A DNA stretch of 64,000 bases, from the NCBI GenBank assembly GCA_050250895.1, contig JBFWNU010000004.1, positions 160,001 through 224,000 of the forward strand, read 5' to 3'. Of this stretch, positions 1-9,418 are shown piece by piece; the first letter of the stretch is position 1; the number at the start of each line of letters is the position of its first letter. The notes under the pieces were generated by a model that saw nothing but the letters and a program-made list of their open reading frames with translations, was not told the DNA's origin and made no database searches. The translations under genes were made by a program, and so were the position numbers. Origin of the DNA: Vulcanimicrobiota bacterium. Lineage in GTDB: Bacteria; Vulcanimicrobiota; Xenobia; Xenobiales; JADMJV01.

Positions 1-154
1 GACGGGGCAAGAGTAGCGCCAGGGCCAGACCGCTGGCGGCCAGGAAGATCAGGGCCTCGGTGGAGGTGGTCTTGCCCAGGGGCCGATGCCCGCGCCGGTC
101 GAGCCAGAAATAGGTGACGATCCAGACGCTCGCGGCCAGAAGCTTGATCAGCAT
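1..154 (-). CDS. membrane protein, 5' part (runs off window edge)
   Basis: Manual translation MLIKLLAASVWIVTYFWLDRRGHRPLGKTTSTEALIFLAASGLALALLLPR, open to the edge; TAGAAT -10-like hexamer just upstream of ATG. Confidence 0.6.
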   Translation of the reverse strand, partial: MLIKLLAASVWIVTYFWLDRRGHRPLGKTTSTEALIFLAASGLALALLLPR

Positions 155-206
155 GCCAGTTATTCTAGCTCGGTCTAGCAGCCTCGGCTGTGAGCCAAAC
201 CACAGG

Positions 207-1391
207 TCATCCCGAGCGGGACCTGCGTCGGCGCTGCACGGCAGCCTTCCGCGCGGCCTTCCAATCGGGTCGATTGGCAAAGTCCTGGTCGTGCTCGTTA
301 GCGTGACAACCCGGACACAGCAGTTCCAGGTCTTCCAGCCGATGTTGCCTGGTTTCAGACCAGGCACGGACGTGGTGCACCACCAGATTGCCGCCTGCCC
401 ACGAACATCGCTCACAGCGGCTGAGCGCCCGAACATACACCGCCCGCACCAAGCCCACCGGAAGCCCCGGCCGGCCCTTCGAGCGGCTCGGCAGTAGCGG
501 CAATTGCTCGGCCTGGCTACTTCCAGCTGGAAGTTCGCTCTGGGAACAGGCCACCACGATGCCGGCTTGCTTCATCGCTTCATCAACGGCCGCTGGTTCG
601 GCCGGCAACAGCCCCCGATCAGTATCGTAGAACCCTTCGCCCGTGACACCGTTCACGTGCACGATGACCTGGTGGCGCACTTTGCTGCGATTGTCTGCCG
701 AGGCGAGCAGAGTCCTGCTCATCTCGGCCACGGCCGTCTCCTTGCTGACGCGCTTGCCCTGGCGCGCCTCGACCATTCTCTTCGCCTGCTCGAAGAGAGC
801 ATACTCCTCGGCGGGCATCAGCAAAGTGACCTGTATCAACTTCGGAACCGCGGGGACGGGGGTCGGAGCTGGCTTCTCGACTGCCTCTGGGGGTTGCGCG
901 TCAAACTCTAGCTCGGGTTGGGTTTGGCGAGCTTCGAGCGAAGCTTTCAAAGCCTGGCCACGCTTGTGTTGGGTGGGAGTCAAGGCCACGGCGCGCTCGA
1001 CTGCCTGAGCCTTGTTCTTGAGGGCGAACTCCAGCATCTCGCGTTCGTTCTCAGGAGTGGTGATCCGCTTGAGAGCGCGGGCCTTGCTCCAGCAGAGCTT
1101 CCCCTCGCGAAAGGCTTCTGAGATCAGTGGCAGTTGCTCGAAGACCCTGGCCAGGCTGAGCAGTTCGCCCGCCTTCTGGGGATGCAGATGGAGGTGCTGG
1201 ACAGCGTAGCCCACCACACTCCCACTACCCATACGGCGATAGAGACCGCTGCGTTCCGTGGCCAGAAGGTGCGCGGCCAGTTCCCATTCGCAGCCGAAAG
1301 AGCGCTGGCTGGCCTGGCGGTTTCGCTGATGAAGCTCGCGATGAGACAGTTGTTGTAGTGATTGGGATAGTCCCGTTAGAGTTGAAGACAT
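207..1391 (-). CDS. HNH endonuclease with DUF222-like N-terminal region
   Basis: C-terminal RCERC..LVVHHVRAW....H..EDLELLCPGCHANEH (zinc-ribbon HNH); N-terminal LPLISEAFREGKLCWSKARAL; GGAGG RBS before ATG 1391. Confidence 0.85.
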   Translation of the reverse strand: MSSTLTGLSQSLQQLSHRELHQRNRQASQRSFGCEWELAAHLLATERSGLYRRMGSGSVVGYAVQHLHLHPQKAGELLSLARVFEQLPLISEAFREGKLCWSKARALKRITTPENEREMLEFALKNKAQAVERAVALTPTQHKRGQALKASLEARQTQPELEFDAQPPEAVEKPAPTPVPAVPKLIQVTLLMPAEEYALFEQAKRMVEARQGKRVSKETAVAEMSRTLLASADNRSKVRHQVIVHVNGVTGEGFYDTDRGLLPAEPAAVDEAMKQAGIVVACSQSELPAGSSQAEQLPLLPSRSKGRPGLPVGLVRAVYVRALSRCERCSWAGGNLVVHHVRAWSETRQHRLEDLELLCPGCHANEHDQDFANRPDWKAARKAAVQRRRRSRSG

Positions 1392-1728
1392 AGCCGACCT
1401 CCGAGTAGAACAAGAATCAAGGAATGATCCTATTTTACTCAAGGCGACCGGCCGCATCAACGCAAAGAAACGGCCTGGTTACAGGGTTTGGATTGCTCCC
1501 CACAGAGGCCCGCCAGCAGCGGTTCACTAGAAAAAAATGCTTCGCCGATCATTTTGGCCGCGGGGATGACCGACAACGCTTCTCAGGACCGTATGCGCCC
1601 CGATTTAGGGTCGCGCGCCCGTTAGCGCGATGGCTCGCTTTGCGAATGTTAAGATACCACAACATTTGTTCGGGCGTACTTCCAGTTGGAAGTCCGTCTC
1701 AGTGAGGGGCCAGCCAGTGGTTCAGTTC

Positions 1729-1830
1729 TCAGCCGCTCGTTTCTCCTTGTAGCACGACCAAGTAGGCCAAGCCAACCTCGAGGCTCTTGCCCAAGGCCTC
1801 CGCAACCTCACCCAGGCTTTCCACCGTCAC
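1729..1830 (-). pseudogene. possible remnant of an XRE-family HTH gene (C-terminal helix)
   Basis: Translation VTVESLGEVAEALGKSLEVGL resembles the T-x-x-x-L-x-x-x-A-x-A-L-G tail of HTH_XRE; in-frame stop just upstream. Confidence 0.3.
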
Positions 1831-1930
1831 AGCTTACACCGACGGATCCGGCGATCAGCCCCCACGGACAAGCTCGCCCCGGAAGTGCGAGTGGCCACCC
1901 TCGAGCCAGACCCAGCCCTGCCAAAACAGA

Positions 1931-1956
1931 GAAACCCGCACAAGCGTGCGGGTTTT
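1931..1956 (-). terminator. intrinsic terminator after tRNA-Thr
   Basis: AAACCCGCAC-AAGC-GTGCGGGTTT hairpin followed on minus strand by a T-rich tract. Confidence 0.75.
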
Positions 1957-1960
1957 CAGT

Positions 1961-2035
1961 TGGAGCCGAGAGTCGGATTCGAACCGACGACCTACTCATT
2001 ACGAGTGAGTTGCTCTACCCCTGAGCTACCCCGGC
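1961..2035 (-). tRNA. tRNA-Thr(CGT)
   Basis: GCCGGGGTAGCTCAGGGGTAGAGCA-ACTCA-CTCGTAA-TGAGT-AGGTCGTCGGTTCGAATCCGACTCTCGGCTCCA; cloverleaf, TTCGAA T-loop, encoded CCA. Confidence 0.97.
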
Positions 2036-2044
2036 GCGCTCCCG

Positions 2045-2053
2045 ATTATAGCA
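2045..2053 (-). promoter_or_regulatory. extended -10 promoter of tRNA-Thr
   Basis: TGCTATAAT about 10 nt upstream of the tRNA 5' end. Confidence 0.6.
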
Positions 2054-2102
2054 GCCACCTCAACGCCGGTCAACCTGAGGCGCGACCCGCTGGCACGGCG
2101 CC

Positions 2103-2570
2103 TCACCTTCTCGTCAGTCCGAGGTCTCCATTCCAGGCGTCCCAGTCCGATGGCGGGTTGTTGAGAAGCCTGATCCGGTCACCGTCTTCAATGAACCTCA
2201 TCTGGCGGCGACTGCCTGAGTCGAAAGCCAGAAACAGATTCCAATCATCTCGCTGCCACGAGCCGCCGACATCGCTGCCGCGCTCGACCAATCGGAAGCG
2301 GTGATTGGCCTGGAGGATGACGGTGGGGTGATAGGCCGCCTCCCACCGCCCGACCACCGCCGCGTCGCTGCTGATAATAGGGTTGAGTTCCAGACCCGAG
2401 AGCTGCGCCGAAAACACCAGCCAGTTCGTGACAACCAGGGCAATCAAGGTGCCGACTCCATAGCCCAGACCATCCCAATCTCCAGTTCGCCACCACCTGA
2501 TGAAAAGATGTCCGACCACGAAGCAACAGATCCAAAAGCAACCGGCGACAAGATATCTGAATACGAACAT
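2103..2570 (-). CDS. hypothetical membrane protein (2 TM plus beta-rich domain)
   Basis: Two hydrophobic N-terminal segments, then VVGRW..GGSW pattern. Confidence 0.6.
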   Translation of the reverse strand: MFVFRYLVAGCFWICCFVVGHLFIRWWRTGDWDGLGYGVGTLIALVVTNWLVFSAQLSGLELNPIISSDAAVVGRWEAAYHPTVILQANHRFRLVERGSDVGGSWQRDDWNLFLAFDSGSRRQMRFIEDGDRIRLLNNPPSDWDAWNGDLGLTRR

Positions 2571-2630
2571 CGATCATCCGCCCCTGTAGGACTTTGCAAA
2601 ACAAAGTTCTCTTTCGCGCAGAAAACTCCT

Positions 2631-2905
2631 CCGAGCGCAGCGAAGGCTCCCCTCTCCGAGCGCAGCGAGGCTCCCCTCTCCGAAGCGCAGCGAAGGCTCC
2701 CCTCTCCGAAGCGCAGCGAGGCTCCCCTCTCCGAGCGCAGCGAAGGCTCCCCTCTCCGAAGCGCAGCGAAGGCTCCCATCTCCGAGCGCAGCGAAGGCTC
2801 CCATCTCCTGAGCGCAGCGAGGGCTCCTCTCTCCGAGCGCAGCGAGGCGGCTCCCCTCTCCGAAGCGCAGCGAGGCGGCTCCCCTCTCGAAGCGCGGCGA
2901 AGGCT
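2631..2905. repeat. tandem array of ~11 imperfect 24-28 bp units CCGA(A)GCGCAGCGA(A)GGCTCCCCTCT
   Basis: Units start at about 2631, 2656, 2680, 2706, 2731, 2756, 2782, 2807, 2833, 2860, 2888; no unique spacers. Confidence 0.95.
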
Positions 2906-4326
2906 TAAGACGCGTCGCCGTGCTCGATCAGCTCAGCAGCTTCGTAGACCAGCAGCGCGCCCATGGCGTCGTCGGCGACATCGTCCATGTCCGAGGCGGC
3001 CTCTTCGAAGTCGGCCTCCTCGACCTCGTCCTCCTCGACCCAGTCGCCGGCCTGGTCCGCCTCTTTGTAGGCCGAATAGTCGGCCCGTTCCCAGCCGTGA
3101 TGGCGACGGTGCTCGTCGAGGTCGGGAATCAGCGTGCGCGAGAAGCCTTCATAGGGCATCCGCTCGTGAGAGCAGTAGGCGAAAGTGTCGTAGGGAAGGT
3201 AGTCGTCTTCCAGCTCGCACCAGTAAGTGTTGTAAGAGTCGTAGTCGTCGAAGGCGACGATGTTCTCGCGCATCCGTCGGGTCATGCGCAGGCGCTTCTC
3301 GGTGCCGTTGCGCTTCATCTCGGGCACGGTCACCAGCCACTTGGTCTTGTCGCTGTACAAACGGTCCCAGGGCTTGCGCTGCCAGACGTGGCGCACCCGC
3401 TCGATGCCCGCGGCCCGCTTGCGGCGGTCGGCGATCTCGTTGTCGAGATAGCCTCGCATCGAAGCCAGGTAGCGCTGCTTGGCCTGCAAAGCGTGCATGC
3501 GAGCCAAAAGCGGCTTGAGTTCGGGAGGAGCCTGGCGGTGCAGCGCGGTCAGGTCGGCAAAGTCCAGCGTCTCGGCCAGGGTGGCGCGCAGGCTGTAGGT
3601 CAGTTGCTCCTCGAAGCGGTTCACCCAACCGTCGAGGTCTTCGGCCTCGATGACCAGGGCGTCGAGCTTCTTGCGCCGGTCATTGAGGGCGACCCAGGTA
3701 GTAAAGGCGTAGCCCTGTTTGTTAGAGAGCACGCGGTAGGCGTCCACCAGCGAACTCCAGTCGGGAAAGTCGAGGTCTTTGCAGAGCTTCTTCTGCGCGA
3801 TCTGCTCGCGGGTCGACGAAAGGGTGACCGCCCGCCAGAAGCTCTTGAACCCGCTGGTGCCCTCCTCGACCTCTTCGTGGCGCTTGATGGCCCACTGGAA
3901 GGTGCTGTTGCCGTCGAAGGCCACCATTTCGTTTTCATACTTGCGTCGCTCGTTCTCGGCCTGCTCCAGACCCGCTTTGAGTTCGCCCGAGTAGGGATGC
4001 AGCAGGGTCTCGCGCTGGGCAAAGTCAGAATCGGACTGGATCTCGGCCAGGCGGGCCGTCCACTCGGCTCGCTTTTGCTCGAAGCTCGAGCGACGCAATC
4101 CCAGATCGGTGGCGAGATTGGCATCGATGGCGGCCAGTCGCTGCGGATGAGCGTCAGGCAAGAGCGCCGTCGCCAGTTCGAAGCGGGCCGATTCATACTG
4201 GCTGCGCACGCTCTCGGCGGCTTGCCCGGTGGCCTCGGCCTCGCGGGCGAACTGTTCGGCCTGATGGCGATAGTCGGCCACTGCCCGGCCAGCCGCTTCG
4301 GCCCCTTCTCCTTTGGTTCTGATCAT
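2905..4326 (-). CDS. hypothetical coiled-coil protein with acidic C-terminus
   Basis: 473 aa, helical, translationally coupled (ATGA) to upstream GT gene. Confidence 0.8.
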   Translation of the reverse strand: MIRTKGEGAEAAGRAVADYRHQAEQFAREAEATGQAAESVRSQYESARFELATALLPDAHPQRLAAIDANLATDLGLRRSSFEQKRAEWTARLAEIQSDSDFAQRETLLHPYSGELKAGLEQAENERRKYENEMVAFDGNSTFQWAIKRHEEVEEGTSGFKSFWRAVTLSSTREQIAQKKLCKDLDFPDWSSLVDAYRVLSNKQGYAFTTWVALNDRRKKLDALVIEAEDLDGWVNRFEEQLTYSLRATLAETLDFADLTALHRQAPPELKPLLARMHALQAKQRYLASMRGYLDNEIADRRKRAAGIERVRHVWQRKPWDRLYSDKTKWLVTVPEMKRNGTEKRLRMTRRMRENIVAFDDYDSYNTYWCELEDDYLPYDTFAYCSHERMPYEGFSRTLIPDLDEHRRHHGWERADYSAYKEADQAGDWVEEDEVEEADFEEAASDMDDVADDAMGALLVYEAAELIEHGDAS

Positions 4327-5954
4327 CGCTTGATCTCCTCTCCGAGAATGGACTCCAGTTGGCGGGCGCCCAGGGGGGCAGGCTCGGCCGCGAGGGCGGC
4401 CAGCAGAGTCCGGCCATCCTGGCCGGCGTCCAGCCGGTCGGCCAGGCGATTCAGGGCCGTCTTCTGATAAGGTCTTTTGAAGCGGTCTAAAACAGTTTCG
4501 AGCACGCCCTGGCGCTCGGCACCGAAGTGCTCCTCGAGGCAGGCCAGCACCTCACCCAGGCGTCGGCGTTGTTCGGCCTCATAGTCGGCCCCCCCGGGGC
4601 CGTCGTGGCACCAGGCTTTGAGCAACTCTTTGCAGAGTGTCTCACCCAGGCCGTCGAGTTCGGCCCCGAAGGCCTGAAAGTCGACGAAAGGCTGGCGAGG
4701 GGCCTGACCGTTGGCCCGCCAGGCCACGACCGCCTCTTCTTCCAGGGCGGTCACGGCCAGACTCGAGCAGGCCGCCCGCCTCCAACCGAAAAGGCGTCGC
4801 TGGCCGGCGACCAGCTCCTCGTCTGGGCCGGCCAGGGCGGCCGTATAGAGCCGAGGTCGTGACAGGCCCGGAGCCAGAGCCAGGATCTCGGCCGCAGCCC
4901 GCCAGGCTCCCTGGGCCGGAGGGCGGGCTTCGAGCTTGGCGACATAGTCGGCTCGGCGTTGGAGCAACTCTTCGAGGGCCACGAGGTGGCGCTCGGCGGG
5001 GGCCGAAAGGTCGATTTGGCCGTGCCAGCCGGCTTCGAGCCCGTGGGCCACTCGCTGGTCCTGGCGGTCCATCCCTTTGACCTGGGCAAAAAACAGAGTC
5101 GGCACCCGGGCCGCCAACAGTTCTTGGTAGGAATTATATCCGGCCGCCGAGATGGCCGCGTCGAGGCCCGGGAAAAAGCGACTGGCGTCGGGGGTAAACA
5201 GCGGAATGACGTTGGGCCGATAGACAACCTCGCCGCGATGGAGCGGCCCATAACCCACCAGCAGAAAGTTGCGGGGATCGGCCGCTAGCGTGGACACCAG
5301 GTCGGCCAATTGCTCCCGGCTGTCGCTGCCGCCGCCGCCCGAGAGATAGATCAAGCGGGCCTGGTCGGGCACCTGGAAATAGTCGCGTGCCTGCTGGCGT
5401 GAAAGGTCTGGTCGATAGCCATGGATGGGTCCGACGAAAACGCGACGCTGGGCGGCTTTGGTCGGCAACGGATAGTGCTCGGCCCGCTCTGGATGGTCGG
5501 GCACTAGAATGCGGTCATACAACAGCACGTGGCGACGATAGACCTCAGAACTGGTGATGGCCGGGTCTTTGTGGCGATCGATGAAGACCGCCGAACCCAC
5601 GTAGCTGCGCAAGAAGGCCATCTCGCCGTAGCTGCCCTCGGCCAGGGTGTCGCTGACCAGAAGGTGGGGCGAGAAGGTGGCCACCAGGTTGCTGATCAGC
5701 ATCTTCGAGGCTTTGCCAAAACCGCGCCGTTCGAGCCCGTTCTGATTGGCCAGGGTCTTGGACGGAAACTTATAGACGGGAAAGTCCCAGGCCAGCGAGG
5801 GAGCCTCGCTGGTGGTCACGATGCGGACGTCGACCGGATGCTCGCTGGCCGAGGCCAGTTCCCGCACGCTGCGCCCAACCGCCAGCAACCGACTGAGGTG
5901 GCCCAGGCCGGTGCCGTTGATGGCATAGAGCAGGATGCGGGTGGGGCCTGCCAT
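4323..5954 (-). CDS. GT-B glycosyltransferase (MurG/GT28-like) with C-terminal extension
   Basis: YAINGTGLGHLSR, LSGGGG, ISAAGYNSYQE, DRQ motifs. Confidence 0.75.
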   Translation of the reverse strand: MAGPTRILLYAINGTGLGHLSRLLAVGRSVRELASASEHPVDVRIVTTSEAPSLAWDFPVYKFPSKTLANQNGLERRGFGKASKMLISNLVATFSPHLLVSDTLAEGSYGEMAFLRSYVGSAVFIDRHKDPAITSSEVYRRHVLLYDRILVPDHPERAEHYPLPTKAAQRRVFVGPIHGYRPDLSRQQARDYFQVPDQARLIYLSGGGGSDSREQLADLVSTLAADPRNFLLVGYGPLHRGEVVYRPNVIPLFTPDASRFFPGLDAAISAAGYNSYQELLAARVPTLFFAQVKGMDRQDQRVAHGLEAGWHGQIDLSAPAERHLVALEELLQRRADYVAKLEARPPAQGAWRAAAEILALAPGLSRPRLYTAALAGPDEELVAGQRRLFGWRRAACSSLAVTALEEEAVVAWRANGQAPRQPFVDFQAFGAELDGLGETLCKELLKAWCHDGPGGADYEAEQRRRLGEVLACLEEHFGAERQGVLETVLDRFKRPYQKTALNRLADRLDAGQDGRTLLAALAAEPAPLGARQLESILGEEIKR

Positions 5955-6361
5955 CAGGTGAACGAGGATTGGCTGAAGAGTTCGATGATGCGGGGATCGG
6001 GCTCTTTAGGCTCGATGTCGAACAGTTCCTTGACACTCTGGTCGATGAGCGCCATGTCAGGCTTTTCAAGACCGAGCAACTCGAGAAGCTCGGCATAAAG
6101 AGCCTCCTCGCGGGCGTCGAAGTCGGTGTCGATGTGGGCCATACTGGCCGCCCGCAGGGCTATGAAGAAGCGGTCGGCATAGTTGGTGATGGGAGCCACC
6201 AGGTCTTTGAGGGGCGTCTTGCGGGCGATCTTGAGAGCCTCTTCAAGCCCCTCCATGCCCCCCAACATCGGCGCCAAAAACTCCCGCTCTTCTCTAGCCA
6301 GGATCCCGTCGGCCATCGCCATCTTGGCCATCACTAAGCTTATCGCACGTTGCGCACTCAC
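5954..6361 (-). CDS. TerB-family protein
   Basis: MAMADGILAREEREFL and MAHIDTDFDAREEALY repeats; GGAGG RBS. Confidence 0.75.
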   Translation of the reverse strand: MSAQRAISLVMAKMAMADGILAREEREFLAPMLGGMEGLEEALKIARKTPLKDLVAPITNYADRFFIALRAASMAHIDTDFDAREEALYAELLELLGLEKPDMALIDQSVKELFDIEPKEPDPRIIELFSQSSFT

Positions 6362-6412
6362 AATAGACGCCTCCCGCGCCGGGTGTTCGGGCCGGTACAG
6401 TAAACTCCTGGG

Positions 6413-7156
6413 TCAGCGTAGATGAGGGGCCAGCAGTTGGTCCCAGGCGCGCTTTTTGCGTTCCAGGTCACGCTTCCCGCGCTGCAGCCGTTCGGCCGGA
6501 ATCTGGTCGGCCACGAAGGCGAAGTTGACGGGGTCGGCGGCATAGAGCGTGATCAGGATGTCAAAGCAACGTTGCTGATTGAGCGAGTGCTCGTCCCAGA
6601 AGACCATCTTGGCCGCGTCGGGCTGCGAGCCGGCCAGAAACCAGACGGCCGCCGAAGCGGCCGAGATCTTGCCGAACTCGCCGGCCTCGAGCAGAGTGAG
6701 GGTGGCGAATTCGTCGGCCGCGTCTTCTTCGCGTCCGGTGATGGGCAGACCGAGTTCGTTGATGAGGGCGTGGCCAAGCTCATGCATAAAGGCGAAGACG
6801 GTGGCCCCGATCACGTAGGTACCCCAGTTTTCGCCGCTGTAGCCCAGCCCGGCGAAGAGATTGCCGTAGTATTCCATCAACTCGTAGCCCATGATGATGG
6901 CGTGATGCTCGGGGCTATAAAAGGCATTGGTCTGGCCGATCTCGGCAAAGACGATGGTGATGTCTCGGGGCAAAATGATGATCTTGGTCAGCTCGTCGGC
7001 CAACAGCTCAAAACCGTGATTCTGGCGCAGCAGTTGCTCCATTTGCTGGCCGAACTCGCCTTCGGCCGGCGCATATTGCACTTTGAAGCGGCCGCTCGTG
7101 TCGCACCAGGCTGGCGCCACCAACAGCAAAACCAACAGCCAGCGCAGAGCCCTCAT
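6413..7156 (-). CDS. secreted DUF4344-like zinc metallopeptidase
   Basis: Signal peptide, [26 protein letters not shown]. Confidence 0.85.
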   Translation of the reverse strand: MRALRWLLVLLLVAPAWCDTSGRFKVQYAPAEGEFGQQMEQLLRQNHGFELLADELTKIIILPRDITIVFAEIGQTNAFYSPEHHAIIMGYELMEYYGNLFAGLGYSGENWGTYVIGATVFAFMHELGHALINELGLPITGREEDAADEFATLTLLEAGEFGKISAASAAVWFLAGSQPDAAKMVFWDEHSLNQQRCFDILITLYAADPVNFAFVADQIPAERLQRGKRDLERKKRAWDQLLAPHLR

Positions 7157-7668
7157 TTGAGTAGCGGCTCGTAGGCCTGGCGATCAGCGTCAGAGAAGAC
7201 CACGAAACGCACCTCGGTCAGTCCCGGATAGGATTGGACGAATTCTTTGACGGTAGCCACCGCCAGCGGAGCCGCCAGGGCCATAGGGTAGCCGTAGATG
7301 CCGGTCGAAATCGAGGGAAACGCCACTGAGGCCAGTTGGTGGTCAAGCGCCAGCCGCAGGCTATTGCGGTAGCAGTTGGCCAGCAGCTCGGGCTCGTCGG
7401 CACCGCCCCCGTGCCAGACGGGTCCTACGGTGTGGATGACGTAACGCGCCGGCAGAGCGCCGCCGGTGGTGATGACCGCCTCGCCGGTCTTGCAGCCGCC
7501 CTGGCGGGCCCGGATCTCTTTACAGGCTTCTAGGATAGCGGGGCCTCCGGCCCGGTGGATGGCGCCGTCCACCCCTCCCCCACCCAGCAAACTAGAGTTG
7601 GCGGCGTTGACGATGGCGTCGACGGCTTCCCTCGTGATGTCACCCTGGTGGAGCACCAAACTGGTCAT
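7153..7668 (-). CDS. ymdB: macro-domain O-acetyl-ADP-ribose deacetylase (YmdB-like)
   Basis: [38 protein letters not shown]. Confidence 0.92.
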   Translation of the reverse strand: MTSLVLHQGDITREAVDAIVNAANSSLLGGGGVDGAIHRAGGPAILEACKEIRARQGGCKTGEAVITTGGALPARYVIHTVGPVWHGGGADEPELLANCYRNSLRLALDHQLASVAFPSISTGIYGYPMALAAPLAVATVKEFVQSYPGLTEVRFVVFSDADRQAYEPLLK

Positions 7669-7719
7669 TGGGTCGTATTCGGGAAGGGCGGCGAGAATCC
7701 CGTGGAAAACCCCGCCAGC

Positions 7720-8307
7720 ATGCAATCGCTGCTCCTTGGTGACGACGGCAAGACTCGCTGCTTCTGGTGCGGCTCGGCCCCCGACTATATGCACTATCAC
7801 GACCACGAATGGGGACGTCCCGTCCACAACGACCGGCGCCTCTTCGAGAAAATCTGTCTGGAGGGGTTTCAGGCGGGGCTCTCGTGGCTGACCATCCTAC
7901 GCAAGCGTGACAACTTCCGAAACGCTTTCGCCGACTTCGACTACCACCGGGTGGCTGCTTTCGGTGCTACAGACATCGAACGGCTGCTGCAAGACGCCGG
8001 CATCGTGCGCCATCGCGGCAAGATCGAGTCGACCATCAACAATGCCGCCCGGGCCGTTGAGCTAGAGCAAGAATGCGGCAGCCTCAGCGAGTTCTTCTGG
8101 CAATTTGTTCCCCCAGCCAGTGAACGCCCTCAAAGGATGGATTGGGAAAGCCTTCGCCAGCTGAACAAAACGCCGACTTCGACCAGACTGAGCAAAGAAC
8201 TCAAGAAACGGGGCTGGACCTTTGTAGGGCCGACCACGGCCTATGCGTTCATGCAGGCTATGGGCCTGGTCAATGACCACCTGGAAGGGTGCGATTATCG
8301 GCGTTGA
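7720..8307 (+). CDS. tag: DNA-3-methyladenine glycosylase I
   Basis: [34 protein letters not shown]. Confidence 0.95.
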   Translation: MQSLLLGDDGKTRCFWCGSAPDYMHYHDHEWGRPVHNDRRLFEKICLEGFQAGLSWLTILRKRDNFRNAFADFDYHRVAAFGATDIERLLQDAGIVRHRGKIESTINNAARAVELEQECGSLSEFFWQFVPPASERPQRMDWESLRQLNKTPTSTRLSKELKKRGWTFVGPTTAYAFMQAMGLVNDHLEGCDYRR

Positions 8308-9418
8308 CCAGGGTTTGCAGGGCCTTGCCTTCAACGTAATCGCCGGCCAGGGCTCCGGCCCGCTGACCCACATAGCCCAACACGCCCACTCCTAGCAGAT
8401 TGCCGGTCAGGACCTGTCCCACCAGACCGCCCACCGCCGCCCCGGTCACGCGCATGGCGGGTGCGAACCAGGGGTGCTGTCCCAGACCGCCCAGAAAACT
8501 CGGTTTGGTGAGCTTGGTCAGCTCCTGGGCGTGCTTGTCGGGATGCAGACCGGGGTCGGGCAGATAATATTGCGAATTCTCACGGGAGTAGATCCCCATG
8601 CGCTTGAGCACCGTGTTGTACGCGCTGGTGAGAAAGGCTTCGGGCCGCATCAAGAGCCCGGCCGTCAGAGGGCTCATCATCCCGATCTTCAACTCGGGCA
8701 AGGCTTTGTTGAGCACCTTCTGCAGACCCGAGTAGCATGAATTGCGGGTGGTGTGGTAATACTCGCCGGTGCGGTCCTGAAGGGCCTCGTCCAGACAGGT
8801 CGCCAACAGACGCTGTTTTTGCTCGTCGGTCAGGGCCAGGCGTCGGGTCTCGAGACTGGCGCCCTGACGGCGGGTCACCCACTGCTTGGCATCGTCGAAG
8901 GTCATCAACTGTTCGACAATCCCCATGGTCTTCTTGAGGCCGCGCTGCCAGGTCCAATCATCGCCCTCTTTCTTACGGGCCTCGATCGAATAGACCATCT
9001 TATTGGTGGATTGACCGTCAGCCCCCACCACGCCACCGTCTTCGAACTCGAAGACCAGCGCCCCGTGGCCGGCCGGAAAGAAATGCTCGACATAAAAATG
9101 CACGTCTTTGAGCTTGCCGGGGTCGATGGTGGTGTTCTGGAAGTTGGGGGTCCAATCGGCGGTCGCGCCGATCTCGTTCCAGCCCCAGCGAAAGCCACCT
9201 AGCGTCTTCTTGCCGTCGGCACTCTGGCTGATCAAACTGGCGGGTTGATTGCGAGAACTCCAGGGCCGCCCGTCATGCCAGATGTCAGGGTTGGCCTGGT
9301 AAATCCCCGGAGCCTGTTCAGCCTGCTCGAAGAGGTCCCGCGAGTGCTGTTCCCCAGCGGTGGGGCTAGAGGAATGAAAAATCGGCGGCTTCGCTTGCGT
9401 GCCAGAGCGAATGAGCAT
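8270..9418 (-). CDS. DUF4105-like domain protein with C-terminal glycine zipper
   Basis: GHGALVFEF, SIEARK, YYHTTRNSC; low-complexity N-terminus; GxxxG-rich tail. Confidence 0.65.
   Translation of the reverse strand: MLIRSGTQAKPPIFHSSSPTAGEQHSRDLFEQAEQAPGIYQANPDIWHDGRPWSSRNQPASLISQSADGKKTLGGFRWGWNEIGATADWTPNFQNTTIDPGKLKDVHFYVEHFFPAGHGALVFEFEDGGVVGADGQSTNKMVYSIEARKKEGDDWTWQRGLKKTMGIVEQLMTFDDAKQWVTRRQGASLETRRLALTDEQKQRLLATCLDEALQDRTGEYYHTTRNSCYSGLQKVLNKALPELKIGMMSPLTAGLLMRPEAFLTSAYNTVLKRMGIYSRENSQYYLPDPGLHPDKHAQELTKLTKPSFLGGLGQHPWFAPAMRVTGAAVGGLVGQVLTGNLLGVGVLGYVGQRAGALAGDYVEGKALQTLVNADNRTLPGGH

Noticed and set aside
1961-2035. Intact prophage or ICE at tRNA-Thr
   Set aside because: No integrase, phage genes or duplicated tRNA 3' end were seen in the window
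2631-2905. CRISPR array
   Set aside because: Units are contiguous with no unique spacers, and there are no cas genes in the window
2301-3518. 405-aa ORF with SERSEAPL repeats
   Set aside because: Read-through of the tandem array and antisense to real genes; unit lengths are not multiples of 3
2920-4467. Long antisense ORFs (also 12421-14232, 35504-36574, 50700-51872, 57324-58256)
   Set aside because: High-GC shadow frames opposite genes with clear motifs or operon coupling
7153-7668. Macro domain as DarG-like antitoxin for the ART-like gene
   Set aside because: Standard YmdB-type sequence located 40 kb away; no linkage evidence
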